A stretch of 64,000 nucleotides of DNA. It comes from Eledone cirrhosa. Its lineage: Eukaryota. Positions 1 through 10,601 of this stretch are shown one piece after another. Made by a program: the position numbers and the translations under genes. Position 1 is the stretch's first letter. Each line of letters starts with the position of its first letter. The notes beneath the pieces are model-generated. The model did not search any database and was not told where the DNA came from. It was given only the letters and a program-made list of their open reading frames with translations. The DNA lies in NCBI GenBank assembly GCA_964016885.1, contig OZ024740.1, positions 22,320,001-22,384,000 on the forward strand, read 5' to 3'.

Positions 1-324
1 CACAATACCACACACACAGCCCCACAATACCACACACAGCCCCACTAGCCATCATTCCCTTTGACAGTTTTATTATGTATCTTTCATCTGAATGCCAAAA
101 CTTATTAAAACCTAGCTCCATCTTTGCAAACGGAATCTCTGTGACATAAACACTGTCTCCTCGATTGTTGTTCACAGATTGAGAGGAAAGAAAATGAAGA
201 GGAAGGGGAGTGGGGCGGGTGTCTGTGGTCAGAGATAGATAGGAGAAAGGGTTGAAAGAGAGATAGAGCGAGAGAAAGAGAGACCGAGAGAGTTGTACAT
301 ATAAAACAGTAATATATAAGTCTC

Positions 325-411
325 TATGTATGTATGTTTGTATATACGTACGTAATAACGTACGTACGTACGTACGTACGTATGTATGTATGTATGTATG
401 TATGTATGTAT
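325..411. repeat. Compound tetranucleotide microsatellite (TATG)n/(TACG)n/(TATG)n
   Basis: tatgtatgtatg..., then tacgtacgtacg at about 345-380, then (tatg)n to 411. Confidence 0.95.
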
Positions 412-544
412 TGATGGATAAATAGATGATAAATAGTGCTAGATAGCTTTCTCTGTATCTCTCTTTATCTATCTATCTATCAAGGTAACTAGCCAGCTGT
501 GTAGGTTGAGAGCACACTATAGATAAAGGTAGCTAGATGGTTCT

Positions 545-577
545 AGAGAGAGAGAGGGGAGAAGGGGATAGAGAGAG

Positions 578-632
<55 letters not shown>
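545..632. repeat. (GA)n microsatellite
   Basis: Long AG dinucleotide run with a few interruptions; source of the SLSLSL ORF. Confidence 0.97.
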
Positions 633-636
<4 letters not shown>

Positions 637-939
637 AATACCATTTTAAGATTTATTAAAACGAAAATAGATAACAAAAAGTGTACATTAACATATACAT
701 ACACACACACATATTCACAAACACACACACAGTAACACAGATTTGCTCACACACGCACACAGTCTTTCTCTTTCTCTTTATTCTTTAAAGACACTTACAA
801 TAAAGGTTGTCCACTGCCACCTTACGTATCTTGGGTTCAAATACAACTTCATACATCTTCATTTCAAATAGAATTTAGTTTTCCGCTCTAACATTGCGGA
901 TATATAAATGAATTCGTGAATTTTATATCGATTAATAAT

Positions 940-1113
940 TTCTACTAAAGGCACAAGGCCAGCAATTTTTGAGGAGGGGAAAGTCGATTAAGTCGGCTCC
1001 AGTCCATACTTTTATCGACCTCGTAAGGATGAACTCAGAGCGTAAAAAGGCCGTAACTCAATGCTGCAAAGCATGGTTTCCGACGCTCTACCGTTACTGT
1101 CAATCCACCGCCC
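940..1113 (-). mobile_element. tRNA-derived SINE copy (octopus-type, internally deleted) with candidate 16-bp TSD
   Basis: Minus strand starts GGCGGTGGATTGACAGTAACGGTAGAGCG (A-box-like), carries a truncated B-box GAGTTCA followed by TCCTTACGAGGTCGATAAAAGTA, and ends GGCCTTGTGCCTTTAGTAGAA plus an ATT tail. Flanks are TATATCGATTAATAAT (924-939) and TATATCGAATAATAAT (1118-1133). Family resemblance is from recall, not a database search. Confidence 0.75.
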
Positions 1114-1512
1114 TATATATATCGAATAATAATAATATTCGATTCGTTTGCAAGCAAACAGCCTCATTACGGTATGTTTTAGACGACCGTCGCCATCCTT
1201 TTGTTCTGGTGGTGACAAGTAGATTAGAAGCCCTTTAGATATATACGATTTTTGAGATTATCATCGACAGGACACAAAGCCACACAAAACCAATGAAGTA
1301 CGAAAATGGCAAACATTTAAGATTTTCTTAAAAGCCATTAAAAAGAAATAATCTACAATATTTGGTAGTTTTACCTGATTGAGTAAACAATTAATATAAA
1401 GCGAAACAAACTGGAAACGAGAAAGTGGAAACTAAGAATTTCATGAATAGATACTCAACAGTTGGGCTAACTACGCGCTCAGGCCGAGTATTTTCAGCAT
1501 ACATACATACAT

Positions 1513-2947
1513 AGAAGTATCTCCCATCTTTTCTTTGTTGATGACCTGAAGTTGTATGGGCCAAGTACCAACTATATCAAAAAACAATTGGGCCTCATTA
1601 CACAATTTTCTACAGACATCAGAATGAAATTTGGTGAGTCCAAATGTGCATATTTGTCAGTAAAATGTGGAAGGGTTGTGCCCTCCTCTTCAAATCTAGA
1701 GATGAACGGCTTGAGAATACAACCTCTACAGTCAGGTGACAACTACAGAAATCTTGGACAAGATGAGAATGTTAGATATGATGGACACATAAATAAGGAG
1801 AGAACCAGAACTCAATACCCCAGAAGAGTAAAGAAAATATGGTCATCAGAACTATCAGCATACAACAAATACATTGTCCACAATACTTATGCTGAGTCAA
1901 TCCTAACACCAACATTTGTTCTGCTGAACTGGTCATTGCAAGAACTAAGTGAGATGGATGTTAGAACTCGCAAGCTTCTCAGTGTTACTGAAAACTTTAA
2001 CATCAATGGTTATGTGGATAGGCTATACTTCTCACGCAGGGAAGGTGGCCGGGGTCTAAAATCCATATTAACATCATATGAGACCCGAATAGTAACACTG
2101 AAGCAACATCTTCAACAGAAGAAAAAAGTCTGCAACCATCTTGCCAGGTTTATGAGCACAAAGGAAACAATATCATTAGGATAGCCACTGATCTGGAGGA
2201 GGGATATGGAATAAGGCCTGATATAAATCTCTCTCTCAGGAACATTGGAAGATCTTATTCAATGTTCGAACAAGATAAAAAAAGGACCAATTCACAGAAA
2301 GTTATGCATGGGTACCTGAGACAAAAAAAAAAAAAAATCACAGATCAAAGAGGAGATAAATCATTCAAAAAGGCTGGCATGGAGTTCCGACAAGTTTCTG
2401 ACATCCCACCTTGAAGGATATCTCTATGCAATACAGCAACAAGAAATCCCTACCAAATATCTGCTAGACAAAAGAGGAAGGTCATCAGTCGACAATAAAT
2501 GTAGGCTTTGTAAAACAAAGATCGAAGATGTTAGCCACATTGTTGCCAACTGAGAAAGAACGTCGTCTCGTTACAACCTCCCTATGAGACACGATTTGAT
2601 ATCTAGAACTATCTGGAGCGCACTTAAGAAAACAAAATTAAAAACAAATGAGGGGGAATATGTTGAGATAGATGGCACTAAAGAATACTGGTGTCAACGT
2701 CGTAAAAAAAATACAGGGGAAGGAGGACATCTACGGACAATTGATGAGGAATTTGCAGATCCAGTATCCAAGATACACCTTCACCTTCATAACCATAAAT
2801 ATTGGAGCTACAGGATATATACCAACCCGTTTGGACTCGTTTGGTTTTGTGGATAAAGAGCCAGGCTCCTTAATTCCTAGATTACAAATGGCAGCGATAG
2901 CTGGCACCTTCAAAATTTGCATAACAATCCTGCGATTCAGGGGATGA
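1513..2947 (+). pseudogene. Disrupted RT / CCHC knuckle / restriction-like endonuclease ORF of copy 1
   Basis: Split across ORFs 1552-2184, 2584-2856 and 2672-2947. Frameshift near 2150-2180, A15 run at 2323-2337, TGA replacing the last knuckle Cys at 2551, and deletion of the PD-(D/E) core near 2691. Confidence 0.88.
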
Positions 2948-3024
2948 CAATTTCTTTTCTATTATAACCTTGACAGCAGGAAGGTGGCCAGTCAAAAATG
3001 CACTCGAAATTAAGAGAAAGAGAC
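1513..3024 (+). mobile_element. 5'-truncated, decayed RLE-type non-LTR retrotransposon (R4/Dong-like), copy 1
   Basis: In frame upstream of ORF 1552: ISHLFFVDDLKLY (RT catalytic DD at 1540-1545), then MKFGESKC, YRNLG and RLYFSRREGGRGL. Zinc knuckle CRLCKTKIEDVSHIVAN* at 2500-2553, RHD motif at 2587, C-terminal KEDIYGQL...IGATG, stop at 2945-2947, short 3' UTR, (ACAT)n on both sides. Confidence 0.9.
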
Positions 3025-3098
3025 ACATACGTACATATATACATACATACATATATATACACACATACATACACACATACACACATACATACATACAT
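3025..3098. repeat. (ACAT)n/(AC)n/(AT)n microsatellite between the two retroelement copies
   Basis: catacgtacatatatacatacatac...acatacat seen directly. Confidence 0.95.
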
Positions 3099-3760
3099 AT
3101 TGAAAGCTACAGCAATGTGGAAGACATCCATGTAGATAATATGAAAGAGTACTGGTGGAATGTTCCAGTAAAAACCCCAATAAAATGCAGGCATAACAGA
3201 CCAGATATGATATGGGACAGGGAGAAGAAGGCATGCACAGTAGTGGAAATTAGCTGCCCAGCAGATGTCAATATAATATTAAAGATTAGCGAAAAGGAGA
3301 ATATCTATGCAGAACTAATGAGGAATCTGCAGATACTCCACCATGACTATACCTTCAGATTTATGCCTGTGATTATTGGGGCCCTGGGGTATGTTAGTAA
3401 CTGCTTCAATACAAATCTTGAGAAGCTAGATCTCACAGGAACAGAAAGAACACAACTAGTTAGGAAATTACAAGTACAATCCATTAATGGAATAGTAAAA
3501 ATATGTAAAACATTCCAAAAGTTTTGCATCTAATAACTGCATATACACATGTACAGATACAAAGCATATACACATGCACACATACAACTCAAAACATACA
3601 CACCCACACATGCAATAACATCCATATCTACACATGCATGCATGCAGACATGCATACATATCTACCTAGTTGATGTGTAAATTCCAATGAGAGAGACTTG
3701 TATCTAGGTTAGAAACCGACTCTCTCTCTATTGGTAAAACTTTGTGAAATTATAAAACCA
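3099..3760 (+). mobile_element. Severely 5'-truncated RLE non-LTR retrotransposon, copy 2 (endonuclease domain plus probable 3' UTR)
   Basis: Frame 3099-3533 reads KEYWWNVPVKTPIKCRHNRPDMIWDREKKACTVVEISCPADVNIILKISEKENIYAELMRNLQ...PVIIGALG, the PD...E..P...K..KY-type RLE signature, homologous to the C-terminus of copy 1. The 3' boundary is inferred from where the (ACAT)-type repeat resumes. Confidence 0.85.
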
Positions 3761-3847
3761 TATATGCATACATATATATACACATACATATATATACACA
3801 CTCACACATCCATATATATATACACATACATATATATACACACGCGT

Positions 3848-3880
<33 letters not shown>

Positions 3881-3901
3881 TACATACACACATACATACA
3901 C
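3760..3901. repeat. Mixed (AT)/(AC)/(ACAT) microsatellite
   Basis: Seen directly; source of the YIYT/VCVY junk ORFs. Confidence 0.95.
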
Positions 3902-3909
3902 GATGCGCG

Positions 3910-4037
3910 CCTGTAGTTTCCATATACCAAATTCCACTAGTGAACACAGTGCTATGGCATTCTCCATCTGCCCAAGGTACCCCACACCGGAAGTGAATCC
4001 AGTACCAAGTGCGGTAAAACGGACTCCTTAATCACAG
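3910..4037 (-). mobile_element. Degenerate SINE-like fragment
   Basis: TGCCCAAGGTACCCCACACCGGAAGTGAATCCAG reads on the minus strand as a B-box-like GGATTCACTTCC followed by CCTTGGGCA, as in tRNA-derived SINE heads. Resemblance from recall only. Confidence 0.45.
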
Positions 4038-4044
4038 TTGCCAG

Positions 4045-4200
4045 AGCTTCTACAGAAATAGCAGCCTAATACCCCTGAATTTACCCCCACCGTCTTAGAA
4101 AATGAAGGACACATTCAGTAATGTATTATATACGCCGAGAATGTCGGGTTGGTCGTAGTTTGAATGTCTTTGTCAGAGGTTAGCCTAGGGTTAAACAACC
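4045..4200 (+). mobile_element. Probable 3' part of an interspersed retroposon ending in an (AAC)n-type tail
   Basis: Non-repetitive segment ending CCTAGGGTTAAACAAC that runs into the triplet array; resembles a common octopus repeat end (recall, unverified). Confidence 0.4.
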
Positions 4201-4209
4201 CTCCCTCCA

Positions 4210-7200
4210 AAACAACAACCACTATAACCACTACCACTACCACTACAACTACCACAACCACTATAACCACTACCACTACTAATATCATAACCACTATAAC
4301 CACTACCACTACCATAACCACTATAACCACTACCACTACTACTACCACAAACACTATAACCACTACCAATACTACTACCACAACCACTTTAACCACTACC
4401 ACTACTACTACCATAACCACTATAACCACTACCAATACTACTACCACTACTACTACCATAACCACTATAACCGCTACCACTACTACTACCACTTCTACTA
4501 CCATAACCACTATAACCACTACCAATACAACTACCACAACCACTATAACAACTATCACTACTACTACGATAACCACTATAACCGCTACTACTACTACTAC
4601 CATAACCGCTATAACCACTACCATTACTACTACCATAACCACTATAACCACTACCAATACTACTACCACAACCACTATAACCACTACCACTACTACTACT
4701 ACCATAACCACTATAACCACTACCAATACTACTACCACTACTACTACGATAACCACTATAACCGCTACTACTACTACTACCATAACCGCTATAACCACTA
4801 CCATTACTACTACCATAACCACTATAACCACTACCAATACTACTACCACAACCACGATAACCACTACCACTACTACTACTACCATAACCACTATAACCAC
4901 TACCAATACTACTACCACTACTACTACGATAACCACTATAACCGCTACTACTACTACTACCATAACCACTATAACCACTACCACTACCATAACCGCTATA
5001 ACCACTACCATTACTACTACCATAACCACTATAACCACTACCAATACTACTACCACAACCACTATAACCGCTACCACTACTACTACCACTTCTACTACCA
5101 TAACCACTATAACCACTACCAATACAACTACCACAACCACTATAACAACTATCACTACTACTACGATAACCACTATAACAACTATCACTACTACTACCAT
5201 AACCACTATAACCACTACCAATACTACTACCACAACCACTATAACCACTACCAATACTACTACCACAACCACTATAACCACTACCACTACTACTACTACC
5301 ATAACCAATATAACCACTACCACTACTACTACCATAACCACTATAACCACTACCAATACTACTACCATAACCACTATAACCACTACCAATACTACTACCA
5401 CAACCACTATAACCACTACCAATACTACTACCACAACCACTATAACCACTACCAATACTACTACCATAACCACTATAACCACTACCAATACTACTACCAC
5501 AACCACTATAACCACTACCAATACTACTACCACAACCACTATAACCACTACCAATACTACTACCACAACCACTATAACCACTACCAATACTACTACCATA
5601 ACCACTATAACCACTACCACTACTACTACCATAACCACTATAACCACTACCAATACTACTACCACAACCACTATAACCACTACCAATACTACTACCATAA
5701 CCACTATAACCACTACCAATACTACTACCACAACCACTATAACCACTACCAATACTACTACCATAACCACTATAACCACTACCAATACTACTACCATAAC
5801 CACTATAACCACTACCAATACTACTACCACAACCACTATAACCACTACCACTACTACTACCATAACCACTATAACCACTACCAATACTACTACCACAACC
5901 ACTATAACCACTACCAATACTACTACCATAACCACTATAACCACTACCAATACTACTACCACAACCACTATAACCACTACCACTACTACTACCATAACCA
6001 CTATAACCACTACCAATACTACTACCACAACCACTATAACCACTACCAATACTACTACCACAACCACTATAACCACTACCACTACTACTACCACAACCAC
6101 TATAACCACTACCACTACTACTACTACCATAACCAATATAACCACTACCACTACTACTACTACCATAACCACTATAACCACTACCAATACTACTACCACA
6201 ACCACTATAACCACTACCACTACTACTACTACCATAACCAATATAACCACTACCACTACTACTACCACTACTACTACCATAACCACTATAACCGCTACCA
6301 CTACTACTACCATAACCACTATAACCACTACCAATACTACTACCACGACCACTATAACCACTACCACTACTACTACAACAACCACTATAACCACTACAAC
6401 TACTACTACCACAACCACTATAACCACTACTACTACTACTACCATAACCACTATAACCACTACCAATACTACTACCACAACCGCTATAACCACTACCACT
6501 ACTAGTACCATAACCTCTATTATCGCTACTACTACCATAACCACAATAAGCACTACCAATACTACTACCACAACCACTATAATCACTACCACTGCTACTA
6601 CCACAACCACTATAACCACTACCAATACTACTACCACAACCACTATAACCACTACCAATACTACTACTACAACAACCACTATAACCACTACCACTACTAC
6701 TACCACAACCACTATAACCACTACCAATACTACTACTACCACAACTACTATAACCACTACCAATACTACTACTACAACAACCACTATAACCACTACCAAT
6801 ACTACTATTACCACAACTACTATAACCACTACCAATACTACTACCATAACCACTATAACCACTACCAATACTACTACCATTACCACTATAACCACTACAA
6901 CTACTACTACCACAACCACTATAACCACTACAACTACTACTACCACAACCACTATAACCACTACCAATACTACTACCATTACCACTATAACCACTACAAC
7001 TACTACTACCACAACCACTATAACCACTACAACTACTACTACCACAACCACTATAACCACTACCACTACTACTACCATAACCACTATAACCACTACCAAT
7101 ACTACTACCACAACCACTATAACCACTAGCAATACTACTACCACAACCACTATAACCACTACCAATACTACTACCATAACCACTATAACCACTACCACTA

Positions 7201-7436
7201 CTACTACTACCACAACTACCTATAACCACTACAACTACTACTACCACAACTACCTATAACCACTACTACTACCACAACCACTACCACAACCACTATAACT
7301 ACTACCATTACTACTTCCACAACCACTATAACGGCTACCATTACCACTACCACTAATACTACCACAACCACTACTTCTACCACTATAAACATTACCACTA
7401 CTACTACCACAACCACTATAACCACTACCACTACTA
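4210..7436. repeat. 33-bp triplet-built minisatellite, consensus ATA ACC ACT ACC AAT ACT ACT ACC (ACA/ATA) ACC ACT
   Basis: 11-residue periodicity in both translations (ITTTNTTTTTT on +, GSGYSG[C/Y]GSS[I/S] on -). A 180-bp super-period is marked by ctactacgataacc at 4561, 4741 and 4921. Confidence 0.93.
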
Positions 7437-7840
7437 CCCCCCCATCCCCACCACCGCCACCAACATCCTCACTACCACCACCACCACCAATACCACCACC
7501 ACCACCAACAACAACACCACCACCACTACCACGAACACCACCACATACCACCACCACCACCAACACCACAACAACCACCACGAACATCACCATCACCAAC
7601 ACCACCACCACCATCACCACCACCACCACCACTACCAACACCACCACCAACACCACCAACACCACAACAACCACCACCAACACCACCAACACCAACACCA
7701 CCATCACCACCACCACCAACACTACCAACACCACCACCAACACCACCACTACCACCACCACCACTACCACCACCACCAACACCACCACTACCACCACCAC
7801 CACCACTAGCACCACCACCACCACCACCACCTCCACCAAC
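7437..7840. repeat. Degenerate (ACC)n/(CCA)n microsatellite
   Basis: Seen directly. Confidence 0.93.
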
Positions 7841-7974
7841 CAATAAGCAGTCAGTGAATTATCGAATCTCTTCATGAGATGTGATCAAGACACGCGATTG
7901 GCTGGCTTTTCTTAGGTCAAGTCTAGAACGGTAGGGGGAGCTGTGGTGGTGTGAATGACTTGTGTGTGGTCACT

Positions 7975-8190
7975 TTTGTTGTTGTTACTGTTGTTGATGT
8001 TGCTGTTGCTGTTATTGGTGTTGTTGTTGTGGTTGTTGTTGTGGTTGTTGTTGTTGGTGTTGTTGTTGGGGTTGTTGTTGTTGGTGTTGGTGTTGTTGTT
8101 GCTGTAGTAGTAGTAGTAGTAGTAGTGGTAGTAGTAGTGGTAGTAGTAGTGGTAGTGGTAGTAGTAGTGGTAGTGGTAGTAGTAGTGGTA
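7975..8190. repeat. (GTT)n followed by (GTA/GTG)n microsatellite
   Basis: Seen directly; G/T-rich on +, opposite polarity to 4210-7840. Confidence 0.93.
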
Positions 8191-8734
8191 GCAGTGTGTC
8201 GGGGTGGTGGAGGTGTTGCTATCTGTATTAATTGTATGGAGATATGACACAAGTGGTGTTCAAGTTGTGGTAGTAGTGTGATATATGTGAAGGTGGGAGT
8301 GTTAGGTGTATAGATGTTGGTGGTGGTGGTGGTGGTGGCAATTATGTTGTGATGGTGGTTGTGGTGCTAGTGTTACAGACGATGGCTTGTAGTGGTGGTG
8401 GTGGTGTTGGTGGTGGTATTGGTGGTGGTGGTGATGGTGGGAGACCTGGTATTGGTGGGTGGGTGGGTGGGTGATGGGTGGGTGGCGGGGGGGGGGGGGT
8501 GCAGGAGGAGGGGGGTTGCTGATTGTGTTATAGATGGTGGTGGTGGTGGTGATGCCTATGCTGCTGCTGCTGCTGATGATGATGATGGTGATTATGATGA
8601 CGATTACGAAGATGATGATGATGGCGGCGCACAGGTTGCGTGGTGTGGAGGGGAGGGGGCGTTAATTATTGGTTTGACGATTTCGATGTTGTTGTTACTT
8701 ATGATGATGATGGTGACGACTATGACAACTATAA

Positions 8735-9140
8735 TGGTGGTGGCGGTGGTGGTGGTTGTCGTCGTGGTAGTGGTGGTGGCGGTGGTGGTGGTTGTCGTCG
8801 TGGTAGTGGTGGTGGCGGTGGTGGTGGTTGTCATCGTGGTAGTGGTGGTGGCGGTGGTGGTGGTTGTCGTCGTGGTAGTGGTGGTGGCGGTGGTGGTGGT
8901 TGTCGTCGTGGTAGTGGTGGTGGCGGTGGTGGTGGTTGTCATCGTGGTAGTGGTGGTGGCGGCGGTGGTGGTAGTGGTGGTGGTTGTCGTCGTGGTAGTG
9001 GTGGCGGCGGCGGTGGTGGTTGTCGTCGTGGTAGTGGTGGTGGTTGTCGTCGTGGTAGTGGTGGTGGCGGCGGTGATGGTAGTGGTGATGGCGGCGGTGG
9101 TGGTTGTCGTCGTGGTAGTGGTGGTGGCGGCGGTGGAGGT
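8735..9140. repeat. 36-bp minisatellite GGTAGTGGTGGTGGCGGTGGTGGTGGTTGTCGTCGT
   Basis: gtcgtggtag recurs at 8761 and 8797. The tcatcg variant at 8831 and 8939 gives a 108-bp (3-unit) super-period. Confidence 0.92.
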
Positions 9141-9464
9141 AGAAGTAGTGTTGCGCTGTAATATTTTTCTAGTGTTTATTGATTAATCAAGATTTGAGTT
9201 GATTGGTGGTGGTCGAGTGTCAGATGGGATTGTTAGATAAAGAGGCGGCGGTGACGACGGCGTGTATCAAGGGAGACAACTACTGATTCACCGATTCACT
9301 GAGGCAACATTTTATATTTATTGCCCTATTAAACACAAAAGGGAAGTCACCTGACAGAGAAGATAGCTGTTGTTGTTGTTGTGGGGTTGAAGGTGTGGCG
9401 GCGGTGGTGGTGGGGAGGAGGAGGAGGAGCTTTGTGACGAAGAAAGACGAGATAAAAATGTGAA

Positions 9465-9620
9465 ACATATATATATATGTAAGTATATTAATATATGTGT
9501 GTGTGTGTCTGTGTGTGCATATATGTATGTATATGTTGTATATATATATACACATATATATATACACATATATATATACATATATATAATTTACATAGAC
9601 ATAATAAAATATATATATAA
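9465..9620. repeat. (TA)/(TG)/(CA) microsatellite
   Basis: Seen directly. Confidence 0.93.
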
Positions 9621-9676
9621 AAAATTGAATAATGTTATCGTTATGAATGTGATGATAATCACTGTCACCATCTTTA

Positions 9677-10484
9677 TCATCACCACCACCACCATTACCA
9701 CCACCATCACCACCACCATCACCACCACAACCATTACCACCACCATCACCACCACCACCATTACCACCACCACCATTACCACCACCATCACCACCACCAC
9801 CACCACCACCATCACCATAACCATCACCACCACCACCACCAACACCACCACCGCCACAACCACCACCGCCACCACCATCACCACCACCACCATCACCATT
9901 ACCACCATCACCAGCATCACCACAACCATCACCACCACCATCACCACCATCACCACCATCACCATAACCATCACCACCACCATCACCACCACCACCAACA
10001 CCACCACCGCCACAACCACCACCTCCAAAACCATCACCACCACCACCATCACCATTACCAGCATCACCACCATCATCATAACCATCACCACCAGCACCAC
10101 CACCATCACCACCATCACCACCACCACCACCACCACCACCACCATCAACACCACCACCATCACCACCACCATCACCACCATCACCACCATCACCACCACC
10201 ACCATCACCACCACCATCACCATCACCACCACCACCACCACCATCACCACCACCACCACCACCACCACCACCACCACCACCACCACCACCACCACCACCA
10301 TCAACACCACCACCATCACCACCACCATCACCACCATCACCACCATCACCACCACCACCATCACCACCACCATCACCATCACCACCACCACCACCACCAT
10401 CACCACCACCACCACCACCACCACCACCACCACCACCACCACCACCACCACCACCACCACCACCACCACCACCACCATCACCAC
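9677..10484. repeat. (ACC)n/(ATC) microsatellite, about 800 bp
   Basis: Seen directly; source of the Thr/Ile and Val/Met ORFs. Confidence 0.95.
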
Positions 10485-10539
10485 AAAAATTAAAAGCCCA
10501 GTTGAGGGCACAAATAAATTATTATGGTCGTCTCTGGTG

Positions 10540-10601
10540 GTGCCTCCTACTGTAGGAGGCCCGGGGCAATTGCCCCTTTATCCCCCATTAGATCCGGCCT
10601 G
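10540..10601. mobile_element. GC-rich palindromic segment, possible end of a MITE/non-autonomous DNA transposon
   Basis: GCCTCCTAC-T-GTAGGAGGC (10542-10560) and GGGGCAATTGCCCC (10563-10576), ending TAGATCCGGCCTG, similar to the reverse complement of CAGGGCCGGAT-type termini. No partner end seen. Confidence 0.45.

Noticed and set aside
1-45. Short duplication CACAATACCACACAC(AC)AGCCC
   Set aside because: Only two copies, cut by the window edge; cannot be characterised.
969-1238. 89-aa and 68-aa ORFs as genes
   Set aside because: They overlap the SINE and its flank, with no recognisable domain.
1513-3533. Bacterial retron, group II intron or DGR reverse transcriptase system linked to the repeat array
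   Set aside because: RT followed by a CCHC knuckle, RHD and PD-(D/E) endonuclease is the eukaryotic RLE non-LTR layout. The ORFs are broken, and no sequence link to the 43-mer was seen.
2882-3985. Short YVCM/HTYI-type ORFs and the N-terminal 43 aa of ORF 2970-3533
   Set aside because: Translations of (ACAT)/(AC)/(AT) microsatellites and of copy 1's UTR; only 3099-3533 is genuinely protein-derived.
4183-4194. Telomere seed (TAGGGTTA)
   Set aside because: A single partial unit with no (TTAGGG)n tract.
4115-7875. Poly-Val 'membrane proteins' (ORFs 4115-7213, 7216-7875)
   Set aside because: Antisense translation of ACN triplet repeats with no protein-like complexity.
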